Of a stretch of DNA of 64,000 nucleotides, positions 1 to 10,246 are shown one piece after another (position 1 is the stretch's first letter; the number at the start of each line of letters is the position of its first letter). A model generated the notes under the pieces. That model saw only the letters and a program-made list of their open reading frames with translations, was not told where the DNA came from and searched no databases. This DNA is from an uncultured Planctomycetota bacterium (GTDB taxonomy: Bacteria > Planctomycetota > DG-23 > CAZBND01): contig CAZBND010000009.1 of NCBI GenBank assembly GCA_964493415.1, forward strand, positions 13,866 through 77,865, written 5' to 3'. A program made the translations under genes and the position numbers.

Positions 1-30
1 GAAACCTGAACCTATTGAGGTCTAGCAAGT

Positions 31-495
31 ATGGCAGAGGACACGGCGAGTATCACTGGAAGAGCGGATACCGGGTACCCGGAGTCGGCCGAGGCTTTGG
101 CCGAGGAGAAGCTCTATTACTGGGGAACTGGAAGGCGGAAGACATCTGTAGCCCGCGTCAGGATACGTCACGGCAACGGGGTCATCCTGGTTAATGGCCG
201 CGACGTAGACGAGTATTTCACGAGTGAGAGAGACAAGAACGCCGTCCGTGCCCCGCTGAAGGCGGCCAGGGTCCTTACCAGGTACGACGTCTTCGCCAAT
301 GTCGGAGGGGGGGGCATATCGGGTCAGGCCGGTGCTGTTGTGCTGGGGATAGCGCGCGCTCTCAAGGCCGCCGATAACGGACTTGAGCCCATTCTTCGCG
401 CCGGCGGCTACCTTACCAGAGACGCAAGGGAAGTCGAACGCAAGAAATGCGGCAGGAAAAAGGCCCGCAAGGGACCGCAGTTCTCCAAGCGTTAG
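31..495 (+). CDS. rpsI: 30S ribosomal protein S9
   Basis: Translation carries the [15 protein letters not shown] motif and the basic C-terminal tail ...[12 protein letters not shown] typical of uS9. ATG at 31. Confidence 0.9.
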   Translation: MAEDTASITGRADTGYPESAEALAEEKLYYWGTGRRKTSVARVRIRHGNGVILVNGRDVDEYFTSERDKNAVRAPLKAARVLTRYDVFANVGGGGISGQAGAVVLGIARALKAADNGLEPILRAGGYLTRDAREVERKKCGRKKARKGPQFSKR

Positions 496-517
496 TTCTC
501 CTTTTCCGCCAACCCGA

Positions 518-557
518 ACCGACTGCCCGCCCTAGCGCGGGCAGTCGGTTCTTTGCT
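518..557 (+). terminator. Rho-independent terminator downstream of rpsI
   Basis: Perfect 13-bp inverted repeat ACCGACTGCCCGC / GCGGGCAGTCGGT (518-530 and 537-549) with loop CCTAGC, followed by TTCTTTGCT. A TATAAT hexamer lies at ~555-560, ahead of argC. Confidence 0.6.
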
Positions 558-604
558 ATAATCCCCCCAGGCGTTTTCAGGGCCTCCACTTGTGGAGACA
601 TGCG

Positions 605-1618
605 ATGGTCAAAGTCGGCATACTGGGGGCTACGGCTTACACGAGCCTCGAACTCATAAAGATACTTCTCCGCCATCCTTCGGCTGAAATCTCCTATCTT
701 GGTTCTCGCCGTCCCGAACAGCCACCCATCAGTTCTGTTTTCCCCTCGCTCCTCAAAAGCTGTGACCTCCCGCTCGGTCCTCTCGAGAACGCGGCCGTAC
801 CAGGCGGCACTGATTTCCTCTTCTCTTGCCTCCCGCATGGCGTGGCTATGGAACTACTGCCCCGGTTTCTCAGGAATGAAATCCGCGTCGTCGACCTGAG
901 TGCCGATTACCGGTTCACCTCACCCGAGGAATACTCCCGCTGGTACGGTGTTCAGCACAGGGACCTCGCCAACCTTCCCCACGCGGTCTACGGGCTCCCC
1001 GAACTATACGGGGACCTCGTGCGGAAGGCCAGAATCGTGGGAAATCCCGGCTGCTATCCCACGGGTGCCATAATCCCGCTGGCTCCACTCCTTAAACAGG
1101 GCATATGTCATTGTGACGGGATCGTGGTCGACTCGAAATCCGGCGTCTCGGGTGCCGGACGAACCCTCACGCAAGCGACCCATTTCCCCGAGTGCAACGA
1201 GAGCGTTCACGCCTACAATATCGGTGTTCACCGGCACACCGGGGAACTCTTGACGGTGCTTTCTGATGTCGCATCCGCCCCAGTCGATCCGGTTTTCGTC
1301 CCTCATCTCGTTCCAATGGACCGCGGGATTCTGACCACCGCCTATGTGATATTGAAAAAGGACATGGATGACGAAGGCATCCTCGATGTGCTGCGGCTCT
1401 TCTATGACGGCAGTCCCTTCGTGCGCGTCCGGACGGATGAACCGATTCGCACCAAGGATGTTCTCGGCACCAACTGCTGCGATATTGGCTGCAAGGTGCT
1501 GGGCCGGAAGGCTGTCTTGGTTTCCGCCATTGATAATCTCGTAAAAGGCGCTTCCGGCCAGGCCGTGCAGAATATGAATCTGATGCTGGGTCTGGACGAA
1601 ACCGAAGGTCTGATATGA
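605..1618 (+). CDS. argC: N-acetyl-gamma-glutamyl-phosphate reductase
   Basis: MVKVGILGATAYTSLELIKILLRHP N-terminus (NAD-binding) and the GNPGCYPT active-site cysteine motif. Start moved from ORF-track 590 to the ATG at 605, which has GGAGA upstream. Confidence 0.9.
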   Translation: MVKVGILGATAYTSLELIKILLRHPSAEISYLGSRRPEQPPISSVFPSLLKSCDLPLGPLENAAVPGGTDFLFSCLPHGVAMELLPRFLRNEIRVVDLSADYRFTSPEEYSRWYGVQHRDLANLPHAVYGLPELYGDLVRKARIVGNPGCYPTGAIIPLAPLLKQGICHCDGIVVDSKSGVSGAGRTLTQATHFPECNESVHAYNIGVHRHTGELLTVLSDVASAPVDPVFVPHLVPMDRGILTTAYVILKKDMDDEGILDVLRLFYDGSPFVRVRTDEPIRTKDVLGTNCCDIGCKVLGRKAVLVSAIDNLVKGASGQAVQNMNLMLGLDETEGLI

Positions 1619-2829
1619 TCAAAGAGGTCCACGGATCGGTCACCAGTCCCAGAGGTTTTTCGGCGTCGAGCGTCTTTTGCGGGATCAAGCCGGGCAGCCA
1701 AAAGCCCGATCTTGGTCTTATTCACTCCCAGTCACCTTGCGTCGCTGCTGCGGTATTCACACAGAGCTCCATTGTGTCGGCCCACGTAGTTAGCGGACGC
1801 CGCCAACTGGCGGCAGGAGAACTACAGAGCGTCATCGCCAACAGCGGTAACGCGAACGCCTGCACCGGCGAAAAGGGGCTCGAAGATGTCGCCGTTATTT
1901 CGACCCTTGTCGGCAATCTGCTGCACGTCGCACCGAGTCGCGTGTTCGTTGCCTCCACCGGGGTCATTGGGGTCCCCCTTCCGATGGAGAGGTTTCGAGA
2001 GGGAATCGAAGCTGCGGCATCCTCTCTGGCTCCAGGAGCCCAAGCGGGGCACGCTTTCGCCCGCGCCATCATGACTACCGACACCCGTCCCAAGGAGGTT
2101 GCAGTAGAGGTGCAAGCGGGAAACGTGCGGGGCATAGTCGCCGGGGCTGCCAAGGGGGCCGGGATGATCGCCCCCAACATGGCTACGATGCTTTGTTTTC
2201 TCACGACGGACCTATGCGTGTCTAAGGAGCTGGCAGACGCGGTCCTTCGGGCTGCGGTAAACGAGAGCTTCAACAGGATCACCGTGGACGGCCATCCCAG
2301 CCCTAACGACACGGTCGTGCTTCTGGCCAACGGCCAGGCGGGCAACGCCCGGCTTGCACGGGGGCGCAAGAAGTCCGAGGAGTTCGCCGACGCCGTTCTC
2401 TACGCGTCCAACAGGCTGGCTGAAGAGATCGTTCGAAACGCCGAAGGTGCCACGAAATTCATTGAGGTCCGCGTCACCGGCGCTCGAACAACCCAGCAGG
2501 CCGAGACAATAGCGCGCGCCATCGCCAATTCTCCTCTTGTCAAAGCCGCCGCGAACGGGGAAGACCCCAACTGGGGGAGAATCGTAACTGCGGCGGGCAC
2601 CTCCGGCGTGAAGTTGAACCCGGCGAAATTAGTGCTCCATATCGGTAAGGAGGTCGCCTATCGCCGCGGAACTCCTGCCGATGTTCCGAAAGAGCGCCTT
2701 CGCGAAGAGATGCGAAGTTCCGACCTTTTGTTCTGGCTGGAGGTGGGGCAGGGGAGGGCAAAAGCTTCGGTATGGACTTGCGATCTCTCCTGCGAGTATG
2801 TAAAGATAAACGCGGAGTATACGACATAA
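1615..2829 (+). CDS. argJ: Bifunctional glutamate N-acetyltransferase / amino-acid acetyltransferase (ornithine acetyltransferase)
   Basis: Carries the ATMLCFLTTD autoproteolysis motif and is ~400 aa. Its ATG overlaps the argC stop (ATGA), which implies translational coupling. Confidence 0.9.
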   Translation: MIKEVHGSVTSPRGFSASSVFCGIKPGSQKPDLGLIHSQSPCVAAAVFTQSSIVSAHVVSGRRQLAAGELQSVIANSGNANACTGEKGLEDVAVISTLVGNLLHVAPSRVFVASTGVIGVPLPMERFREGIEAAASSLAPGAQAGHAFARAIMTTDTRPKEVAVEVQAGNVRGIVAGAAKGAGMIAPNMATMLCFLTTDLCVSKELADAVLRAAVNESFNRITVDGHPSPNDTVVLLANGQAGNARLARGRKKSEEFADAVLYASNRLAEEIVRNAEGATKFIEVRVTGARTTQQAETIARAIANSPLVKAAANGEDPNWGRIVTAAGTSGVKLNPAKLVLHIGKEVAYRRGTPADVPKERLREEMRSSDLLFWLEVGQGRAKASVWTCDLSCEYVKINAEYTT

Positions 2830-2865
2830 CTCCCTCTGGCTGGGTTCCGGCCATTACCGGAGACA

Positions 2866-3222
2866 GTGATGACGAGAATCGACGGGCTTGGAGTCACGGG
2901 CGGACAAATCCCGCCCAGCGGGGTGAGGCCCCAACAAACCCAAGCGTTTGCTCTCCCGACAGAAAGAGCCGATGCCGGCAATCCGCCGCTGGACTTCGCC
3001 GAACTCGAGTCCCAGGCGCGGGTCGTCCGCGGCGCGATTATTCAGCAAGAGACCGCGCAGGAATCTCTGGCGGAGCGCGCGAGTGAAATATATCCGTGGC
3101 CGCTGCGGGTCTTCACGCACGCGGCAAATCTGGAAACCGCGACGGCCCGCCAGTCCGGGCAATCAGACCTTGCCCCCTCAGCGTCAGGACCCACGCTTCC
3201 TCGCCTCGACGTGATGGCGTAG
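2866..3222 (+). CDS. Hypothetical low-complexity small protein (weak call)
   Basis: A 118-aa ORF with GGAGA 6 nt upstream of its ATG, in an otherwise gene-free 600-bp gap after argJ. The product is Ala/Gln/Pro-rich and I recognise no family. It could be non-coding. Confidence 0.2.
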   Translation: MMTRIDGLGVTGGQIPPSGVRPQQTQAFALPTERADAGNPPLDFAELESQARVVRGAIIQQETAQESLAERASEIYPWPLRVFTHAANLETATARQSGQSDLAPSASGPTLPRLDVMA

Positions 3223-3504
3223 TGAACTCGTCCCCTGGTTGAGTTCCGGTCGACACACATTCCATCGGGTCACCCAAGAGGATTCCGTTCCTTGCATACC
3301 GCGGCCCGCTCGCCCGGTTCCTCCGCGTCGCCTCCGAGTGCCCATCCAGGCCGCCGGACTTGCAGCGGTATTCCACCGCAGGCTGGGAATGGAAGCCGGC
3401 CATCGCTTCTGTTGAGGTAAGCTAAATCCTTGCCAAAGGGCTCCAATTCGGCCAGAATACTCCAAATCCTGACCTTCAATGCGTCTCCAAGCGGGAAGAC
3501 CCGA

Positions 3505-4500
3505 TTGAAGAAGAGAATACTCCAGTTCGTCCTCGCCTTCGGTGTTGCCGGGCTGCTCCTTTGGCGCGTCGGCCCCGCCCAACTCGCACGGGCCTTGGTT
3601 TCGGCGCAAGTCCTGCCCGTCGCACTCGCATTTCTAATCGTCATTGGGGCGGTTGCGATAAAGGCGTACAGATTTCGGTTGCTCGTCCGCCGCAGGCTCC
3701 CCGTCCGCAGGCTTTTCCGGATAGCTGCTCTTCAGGATGCCCTGAACGCCTTCCTTCCCGCCAGGCTTGGGGAGCTCTCCTATTTGGTTATGCTCAGGAG
3801 AGAAGGCATTCCGGCGGGGGAGGGGATGGCTTCGCTGGCCCTGGCGAGAGTGGGAGACCTTATAGCAGCCAACGTAGTCTTCTATATCGCACTGGCGGTG
3901 CTGGGTGACACCGGGCTTCACCTGGGCGCGATCATTTTGCCTGCTGCCGTCATATTTCTAGGGGCTTTAATCGGCGTAGTGGTGGTAGCTTTCTTCAGAG
4001 ACCGCGTAAACTTGACGGCGGATCGGCTCATGGCTTTTATCCGATTGCCGGAAAGGTTACGCGATGCCGTGCGTCAGAACCTCAGCCACCTGCTTTCCGG
4101 ACTGCGGGCGGGGCGAGATCGCCGTCTTTTCATTGGCGCGTTCTCATGCTCTATTCTGGTCTGGATTGCGGCGGCCCTGGCTCTACATCTGTGGATAATT
4201 GCCCTGGGAGCCAGGCTGTCGTTCTGGAGTTGCGCTCTGGTTCAGACCCTGCTCGCCATTCTATCTCTGCTTCCCATTCACGCCCTGTTGGGCCCTGCCG
4301 TCGTCGAAGCTTCGCTCTTAGGGCTGCTCGTACTGCTGGGGATCGAGGAGAGGCTCGCCATGACGATAGTACTGGCCTCGGTCGTCTATCTCGCCGTCTA
4401 CTACGCGCTCATCCTCCCGATCAGCGTCGCGATCGCGCCCACGGCGCACCTACGCGCTACTGAGGTGCGCCCTCCTTCCAGCGAATGCCCGTCCCGCTGA
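3505..4500 (+). CDS. Flippase-like (lysylphosphatidylglycerol-synthase TM region / UPF0104) integral membrane protein
   Basis: Six to eight predicted TM helices with a basic N-terminus (M)KKRILQFVLAFGVAGLLLW typical of this family. I chose the TTG at 3505 (GGGAAG upstream) over the ORF-track TTG at 3430. Confidence 0.6.
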   Translation: MKKRILQFVLAFGVAGLLLWRVGPAQLARALVSAQVLPVALAFLIVIGAVAIKAYRFRLLVRRRLPVRRLFRIAALQDALNAFLPARLGELSYLVMLRREGIPAGEGMASLALARVGDLIAANVVFYIALAVLGDTGLHLGAIILPAAVIFLGALIGVVVVAFFRDRVNLTADRLMAFIRLPERLRDAVRQNLSHLLSGLRAGRDRRLFIGAFSCSILVWIAAALALHLWIIALGARLSFWSCALVQTLLAILSLLPIHALLGPAVVEASLLGLLVLLGIEERLAMTIVLASVVYLAVYYALILPISVAIAPTAHLRATEVRPPSSECPSR

Positions 4501-4756
4501 TAATGATAACCTTTTCCAACGCCTCCTCGCTGAAGTTCGTCACCGCGTCGAACTTCTCACAAAGACGCGTGAACTCAACCCTCGCCCCCATGACGGGATC
4601 CTCCCTCCCGAGCCCGCCCTTCTGGACCCAGAACCGGAAGTCTTCCACTTCCACCATTTTGTGGATTTCTTCTTCGGGAATTCCTCTTATCGCCGCCTCC
4701 CGAGCTACCCACTCGGAATACGATCGGTTGGAGGCATGATCGTATTTCACCGGCAT
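4457..4756 (-). CDS. Hypothetical acidic 99-aa protein
   Basis: Perfect SD AAGGAGG 7 nt upstream of the ATG (reverse complement of 4757-4780). The composition is balanced and non-repetitive. It is the last gene of the minus-strand ATPase-uspA-ptsN transcription unit, and its 3' end overlaps the converging membrane-protein gene. Confidence 0.55.
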   Translation of the reverse strand: MPVKYDHASNRSYSEWVAREAAIRGIPEEEIHKMVEVEDFRFWVQKGGLGREDPVMGARVEFTRLCEKFDAVTNFSEEALEKVIIISGTGIRWKEGAPQ

Positions 4757-4885
4757 CTCGTACCTCCTTTGGAAACGCTAACCCTCATGTGCCTCGGGCT
4801 TTCCGGGCACAATACCGGCAAGAAGCTCGTCCCGGAACCGCTTTCTTATTTTCGCAAGACCACCCTGACATGCCTGCCATCCCGC

Positions 4886-5383
4886 TCACCTTGCGGAACA
4901 GGCCGCTTTTTCCTCGGCTTCCCTGATGGCCTGAATCACTTCTCCGGGATCGCGTGCCTCCATAAGCCTGTTCCGAAGCTCGGAATGGTGGATTAGAGCC
5001 GACACTGTGGCCATTAGCTGGAGATACTCAGCCCGTCTCTCGTCGGGAGATACGACCAGGAAAAACAGTCGGCAGGGCTTTCCGTCGATAGCGTCGAAAT
5101 CTATCGGATTGCGCGTTACGAGCACTGCAACCGACATTGCGTTCGCTTCCGTGTGGATGTGCGGTACTGCGACCCCCTCGCCGATACCGGTGCTGCCCAG
5201 CTCTTCGCGCTCCCGCACCTTCCTGTATAGATCATCCGCTGCGCACACCGTTCCGCAGCACTCCATGGCGCTGCACATCTGCTTGAGGACGTCTTCCGCT
5301 GATTCCACATCGGCGTCCAGGATGACACGGTCCTCGGAGATATAGTCGGAAAGCTTCATCATTGGCCCTCGAAAAGCAATCAC
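4886..5383 (-). CDS. ptsN: PTS EIIA type-2 (nitrogen-regulatory EIIA-Ntr-like) protein
   Basis: PTS_EIIA_2 fold signature: ...RVILDADVESAEDVL... with the phosphorylatable HIHT/GVAVPH region GIGEGVAVPHIHTE. 165 aa. Confidence 0.8.
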   Translation of the reverse strand: MIAFRGPMMKLSDYISEDRVILDADVESAEDVLKQMCSAMECCGTVCAADDLYRKVREREELGSTGIGEGVAVPHIHTEANAMSVAVLVTRNPIDFDAIDGKPCRLFFLVVSPDERRAEYLQLMATVSALIHHSELRNRLMEARDPGEVIQAIREAEEKAACSAR

Positions 5384-5805
5384 ACGATCAGAATTGGGCG
5401 ATTCAGCTCTCTGAAAGCCCGTCCCACGAATTTACCTACATCCATGGCCGCCCCCCTCGTGCTGCTTATCGGGATAGCCACGATGTCCGCATTGAACTTC
5501 TTTACTGCCTCCATGATCTTGTTCTCGGGAAAGCCCTCCATCTGCTGAAGGACTATCCGCACGCCTTCATCTTTTGCCATCTCTTCAACCAGGTAGAGGT
5601 ACTTCCAACCGGTCTCCTCCAGTTCGACGAGTATCTCGTGCTCGTTTTTCCCCGATGCATGCCGCATCCTTCTTGCAACGCTGACGTCCACCACGTTGAA
5701 GGCGATTATTTGCGAGTTCAGGGCCCTCGCCAAAGGGATGACCAATTCCGCCGCCCTTTTCGACTCCGGCGACCCGCTTACAACGAGTAGAATCCGATTC
5801 GTCAT
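5380..5805 (-). CDS. Universal stress protein (UspA family)
   Basis: ILLVVSGSPESKRAAELVIPLA ... ADIVAIPISSTRGAA ... ILIV, the Usp alpha/beta fold with its ATP-binding tail. Its start overlaps the ptsN start region by 4 nt. Confidence 0.8.
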   Translation of the reverse strand: MTNRILLVVSGSPESKRAAELVIPLARALNSQIIAFNVVDVSVARRMRHASGKNEHEILVELEETGWKYLYLVEEMAKDEGVRIVLQQMEGFPENKIMEAVKKFNADIVAIPISSTRGAAMDVGKFVGRAFRELNRPILIV

Positions 5806-6443
5806 CTCGTCCCTCCCGTCCCGCTCTGCCCAAGCTTCGCCTTCACCCTCTTCTGCCGGAAGAAAGCCTCCCGTTCGTTTTCTTCTAAGACATCCCTTAT
5901 GAACCTTATCGTCTCTTCGTAATCGGGAATGAACACGCTCTCCAAGGCGTTCACTTGGCGCTGGGTCTTTTTTATCTCCGAACTGAGCCGCCTAACGGAC
6001 ATTGCCGTCTGCACATATTCTACCATGTATTCGGGCGACTGTGAAAGTGATTCATAACTCTCGTCCAGATCGGCGTTTCCGTCCCAGGTGCCGGGGCGTT
6101 CCTGCTCCTGGGTTCCTTCCAGGGACACAGTCGGGAGCCTTACTCCCATCACGCTATGCTCCATCTGGATCACCCCGATTTCGTTCACTTCGGACGGGAG
6201 GGCGGCGGACTTCCTTTCCTCACCCATCCTCACCACGGCCCTTCTGAGAAGCTCCAGGGCGGGTATTAGCTTCTCGTTCATCCGTCGGACGGCTTGGGAG
6301 TAGTCGCTCACGACGCGGTACAGCTCGTTTATCAGCACCTCGCGCTTGTGATCCAGAAGCTCATACCCCTCATGGGCGAGGGCCAGCTCTTCCTGGAGCG
6401 TCAGCAAGTTCCCCTTTGTAGGTGCTACCGCTTGTCTCGCCAT
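5802..6443 (-). CDS. atpD: A/V-type ATP synthase subunit D
   Basis: MARQAVAPTKGNLLTLQEELALAHEGYELLDHKREVL is the canonical V-ATPase D N-terminus. ~210 aa, coiled-coil. Confidence 0.9.
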   Translation of the reverse strand: MARQAVAPTKGNLLTLQEELALAHEGYELLDHKREVLINELYRVVSDYSQAVRRMNEKLIPALELLRRAVVRMGEERKSAALPSEVNEIGVIQMEHSVMGVRLPTVSLEGTQEQERPGTWDGNADLDESYESLSQSPEYMVEYVQTAMSVRRLSSEIKKTQRQVNALESVFIPDYEETIRFIRDVLEENEREAFFRQKRVKAKLGQSGTGGTR

Positions 6444-6444
6444 G

Positions 6445-7833
6445 CTACATCACGCTCGTCCCATAGTGTTCTTCTATTTCCTCGTCAGTGACTCTATGCA
6501 ATTCGGCCGCCGGCAGATTCGACAGTACCTGCCATCCCAGGTCCAGCGTCTGTGCTATGGGTCTGTTCTCCTCCCGCCCCTGTCCCACGAACTGCTGCTC
6601 GAACACCCTTCCTGCCTCCAGGTACTGCTTGTCCAGCTCCGATAGCTCCTCTTCCCCTATTATCGACGCCAAGGCTCTGATCCGCTTTACTTCGGCGTAG
6701 GTTGCATACAATTGGCTCTGTAGGTTAGGGTGATCCCCTCTCGTCCTTCCCTCTCCTATCCCGTCCTTCATAAGTCTGGACAGGGACAGGGATATGTCAA
6801 TGGGCGGGTATGCTCCATGTCGGAACAGCTCATGCGAGAGCACAATCTGTCCCTCGGTTATGTATGCCGTCAGGTCCGGTATCGGATGGGTTATGTCCAT
6901 GCTGGGCATTGACAGCATGGGAATCTGAGTTATTGACCCGCTCTTCCCGCGAATCCTGCCAGTCCTTTCGTACAAAGAAGCCAAGTCCGTGTACATGTAC
7001 CCCGGGTAGCCTTTCCTGCTTGGCACCTCTTCTCTTGCCGACGCGACCTCGCGCAGCGACTCGCAGTAGTTCGTCATGTCGGTCATCACTACGAGAACAT
7101 GCATGTTTTCTTCGAACGCCAAGAACTCCGCCAGCGTCAGCGCACAGCGCGGCGTGATGAGCCTCTCCTCTGCCGGGTCATTTGCGAGATTCAAGAACAT
7201 GGTGACGTGAGACATCACACCGGCATTCTCCAGTGCGTCTGCAAAGAACCTCGCGTCGTCGTGCTTGATCCCCATACCGGCGAATATGACCGCAAACCCC
7301 TCGGTTTCCTGGATCGTGGACTGCATTACAATCTGCGCCGCAAGCTCATTGTGAGGCAGCCCGCTACCCGAAAAAACGGGCAGCTTCTGCCCCCTGACGA
7401 GCGTGTTGGTCCCGTCTATCGCGCTTATTCCGGTCTGGATGTAATCCCTCGGGTAGGCCCTTCTGGCCGGATTTATCGGAGCCCCATTGACGTCATATGC
7501 CTCTTTTCCCGACGCCGCCGGCCCGCCGTCTCGCGGCCTTCCGGCTCCGTCGAATATCCTTCCAAGCATCTCCACCGAGACCGGCATCCGCATAGGCTCG
7601 CCGGCAAATCTGACCCGGGTTTCTCCCGTGCTCAGCCCCTCCGTCCCTTCGAAGACGTTTATGACCGCCCTGCTGCCATCGACTTCCAAAACTCGCCCCG
7701 TCCTGGCCTGCCCCGTCCGGCTTCGTATTTCGGCGAGCTCTCCGTAGCCTGCCCCTTCCACTCCCTCGATGGCGATCACCGGGCCGGTGATCCGTTGTAC
7801 CCCCAGATACTCCTTCGCACATTGGGCGCTCAT
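6445..7833 (-). CDS. atpB: A/V-type ATP synthase subunit B (regulatory)
   Basis: YxxITGPVIAIEGVEGAGYGELAEI, degenerate P-loop, 462 aa. Immediately follows subunit A. Confidence 0.92.
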   Translation of the reverse strand: MSAQCAKEYLGVQRITGPVIAIEGVEGAGYGELAEIRSRTGQARTGRVLEVDGSRAVINVFEGTEGLSTGETRVRFAGEPMRMPVSVEMLGRIFDGAGRPRDGGPAASGKEAYDVNGAPINPARRAYPRDYIQTGISAIDGTNTLVRGQKLPVFSGSGLPHNELAAQIVMQSTIQETEGFAVIFAGMGIKHDDARFFADALENAGVMSHVTMFLNLANDPAEERLITPRCALTLAEFLAFEENMHVLVVMTDMTNYCESLREVASAREEVPSRKGYPGYMYTDLASLYERTGRIRGKSGSITQIPMLSMPSMDITHPIPDLTAYITEGQIVLSHELFRHGAYPPIDISLSLSRLMKDGIGEGRTRGDHPNLQSQLYATYAEVKRIRALASIIGEEELSELDKQYLEAGRVFEQQFVGQGREENRPIAQTLDLGWQVLSNLPAAELHRVTDEEIEEHYGTSVM

Positions 7834-9611
7834 GTTGTCACCCCGTGTCTCTCGGCGAGTTCATCCAGTTCCTCGTCCACCTGTTCGGCTATCGCCGTAA
7901 GCGCGTCGAGGCCATCGTTCGGCACGGTGCTCTTCATCCGCACGAGCGCCTTGACGCACTCGAGGTCCAGTATTGTAAGCGCGGGAGCCCCAGCCTCGAG
8001 AATCTGTCGGGCTCGCTCATAGAAATGTAGTATCAGCTCCATCATTCGGAGCTGTTTTTCCGCCGTGCAGAAAGAGTCAACAGGGTCGAAAGCGCTCTGC
8101 TGCAGAAACCCGTCTCTTATCAGTCTGCCCGCTTCCAGCAACAGGCGCTGTGAGTCAGGCAGCGCGTCGGCTCCCACAAGTTTCACTATTCGTTCCAGCC
8201 TGCTCTCCGCCTGCAGGATTGACATGGCGCTAGAACGCAACTCGTCCCACCGTTGTAGCCCTCTTTCGGCCCACCACGAACCTATCTCCTTCGCGTAGCC
8301 GCTATAACTCAGCAGCCAATTCACCGACGGGAAGTGGCGCTGTCCCGCCAGTTCCTTGTCCAGGGCCCACAGAGTCCGGGCAAACCTCTGCGTATGCTGC
8401 GTGACGGGTTCCGAGAAGTCTCCTCCCTGAGGGGATACCGCCCCAACCACTGTCACCGACCCTTCCCTTCCGCCTGTGACCTCCACTCTTCCAGCTCTCT
8501 CATAGAACGCTCCCAGTCGCGACGCAAGATACGCCGGGTATCCCTCCTCCGCCGGCATCTCTTCCATCCTTCCCGAGATTTCGCGGAGCGCTTCGGCCCA
8601 ACGGCTCGTTGAGTCGGCCATTACCGCCACGTTATACCCCATGTCTCGGTAATACTCCGCGATTGTCATGCCGGTGTAGATGCTGGCCTCCCGCGCCATT
8701 ACCGGCATGTTGGACGTGTTGGCAATCAGGACGGTTCGCTCTGTCAGGGCTTTTCCCGTTCGCGGGTCGTTCAAAGACGGGAACTCTTCCAAGATCAACG
8801 TCATCTCGTTGCCCCGTTCCCCACAGCCGATGTATACGATGATGTCCGCGTCCGACCACTTGGCCAATTGGTGTTGAACCACGGTCTTACCGGTGCCGAA
8901 TCCCCCGGGGACAACCGCCGCCCCCCCTCTGGCCACGGGGAAAAGAAAATCGAGGACTCTCTGGCCCGTTATCAGCGGCTGGTGCGGCGCAAGTCTTTGA
9001 GCGACCGGCCGGGGCCTGCGAATGGGCCACCGGTGGTACATTTGGAGCTCCCTCACGCCTTCCCCGTCGCCAATCCTTGCTATCGTCTCCTCGACCGTGT
9101 AGTCCCCTTCAGGCGCAAGCTCAACCAGTTCTCCACCGACTCCTGGCGGAAGCATTACGCGGTGAGTGATGACTTCGCTTTCCTTCACCTCCCCGACTAT
9201 GGTCGTCGGCTCGACCTTGTCTCCCACATGCGCCACCGGGACGAAATGCCACTTCTTCTCTCGATTAAGCGATGGCGGCTCGACCCCCCTCCCTATGAAG
9301 TCCCCGCCGGCCTGCGCGAGCGCCTCCAGCGGACGCTGGATTCCGTCGAAGGTCGTGCCTATAAGACCCGGGCCTAACTCCACGGACAGCGGCCTTGCCA
9401 GACTGTTAACTTGCATCCCCGGCCTGAGGCTGGTCGTTTCTTCGTAGACTTGGATGGTTGCAACGTCGCCGCTGACGCCTATGATCTCCCCGATCAGCTT
9501 TATGTCGCCCACTTCGGACTGGTCCCCGATAGCGGCTCGCGACATGCCTCTTGCACGGACCAGCGGCCCGTTCACAGAAATCAATTCGCCGACAAGTACT
9601 TCCTCAGCCAT
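7830..9611 (-). CDS. atpA: A/V-type ATP synthase subunit A (catalytic)
   Basis: Walker A GGFGTGKT and [10 protein letters not shown], 593 aa, with the non-homologous insert region typical of A subunits. Confidence 0.92.
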   Translation of the reverse strand: MAEEVLVGELISVNGPLVRARGMSRAAIGDQSEVGDIKLIGEIIGVSGDVATIQVYEETTSLRPGMQVNSLARPLSVELGPGLIGTTFDGIQRPLEALAQAGGDFIGRGVEPPSLNREKKWHFVPVAHVGDKVEPTTIVGEVKESEVITHRVMLPPGVGGELVELAPEGDYTVEETIARIGDGEGVRELQMYHRWPIRRPRPVAQRLAPHQPLITGQRVLDFLFPVARGGAAVVPGGFGTGKTVVQHQLAKWSDADIIVYIGCGERGNEMTLILEEFPSLNDPRTGKALTERTVLIANTSNMPVMAREASIYTGMTIAEYYRDMGYNVAVMADSTSRWAEALREISGRMEEMPAEEGYPAYLASRLGAFYERAGRVEVTGGREGSVTVVGAVSPQGGDFSEPVTQHTQRFARTLWALDKELAGQRHFPSVNWLLSYSGYAKEIGSWWAERGLQRWDELRSSAMSILQAESRLERIVKLVGADALPDSQRLLLEAGRLIRDGFLQQSAFDPVDSFCTAEKQLRMMELILHFYERARQILEAGAPALTILDLECVKALVRMKSTVPNDGLDALTAIAEQVDEELDELAERHGVTT

Positions 9612-10245
9612 CTTTCTCTTCGAATACCTTTCTCTCTACCTCGCTGCGTATCTCGTCTTTCCGTCTGCCGAGTATCTCTTCGAATGTGTTGTAGTAGGAC
9701 ACGCGACCGTTCTGGGTGCCTACCACGACGCCGCCGGAGCAGTCTATCGGCTCGGGGGATACCTCCACCGAGGTCTTCTCGCCCAGTTCGCGGGTTAGGG
9801 CTTCTTCGAGCTTGGCAAGCCGCGCCGATTCTCCGAACAGCCTCGAATCCTCCTTGTTCAGAGACAACCTTGCGCGTCGTGTCCCCAGCTCCCTGACCCC
9901 CTCGAGGATAAGATTCACCAGGAGCCTCTCGTACGCCTCGTCCCGGGAGATACCTGCAAGCTTCGATATCGCCGCGTCTGCCGCCTCGCTCAATATCTTC
10001 TCTCGAAATAAGAGTTTCCTGTTGCGAGCTTCCATCTTGGTTCTCGCGACGGCCCTTTCCACTTCATGCTTCAGCACCAGTCCGAGGTCCTCCTGTAGCC
10101 GCCTCTCCATCTCCTCGACCTTCGCCTTTGCCGCCGCTATGTGCCGCTCGGCCACACGCCTGGCCCGCTCCAGTTGCTGCTGCGACTGGCGCACCGCTTC
10201 AGCGTGAATCTGCTCCGGGATTGAACCAAGTTCCTCCTGCGGCAT
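9604..10245 (-). CDS. atpE: A/V-type ATP synthase subunit E
   Basis: ~210 aa with a long N-terminal charged coiled coil (AKAKVEEMERRLQE...) and a globular C-terminus. Its position between F and A matches A/V-ATPase operons. Confidence 0.75.
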   Translation of the reverse strand: MPQEELGSIPEQIHAEAVRQSQQQLERARRVAERHIAAAKAKVEEMERRLQEDLGLVLKHEVERAVARTKMEARNRKLLFREKILSEAADAAISKLAGISRDEAYERLLVNLILEGVRELGTRRARLSLNKEDSRLFGESARLAKLEEALTRELGEKTSVEVSPEPIDCSGGVVVGTQNGRVSYYNTFEEILGRRKDEIRSEVERKVFEEKDG

Positions 10246-10246
10246 C

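Noticed and set aside
1-25. Possible 3' end of rplM (L13) before rpsI
   Set aside because: Only ~8 codons lie before a TAG at 23-25, too short to identify, although rplM-rpsI synteny makes it plausible.
1722-2369. 215-aa minus-strand ORF within argJ
   Set aside because: It is antisense to argJ, which carries the ATMLCFLTTD motif. Its composition is typical of a shadow frame.
7099-8022. 307-aa plus-strand ORF across the atpB/atpA junction, and other plus-strand ORFs through the ATPase operon (8868..9377, 9411..9896, 11753..12361, 12405..13465)
   Set aside because: All are antisense to ATPase subunit genes with strong family motifs and tight operon packing.
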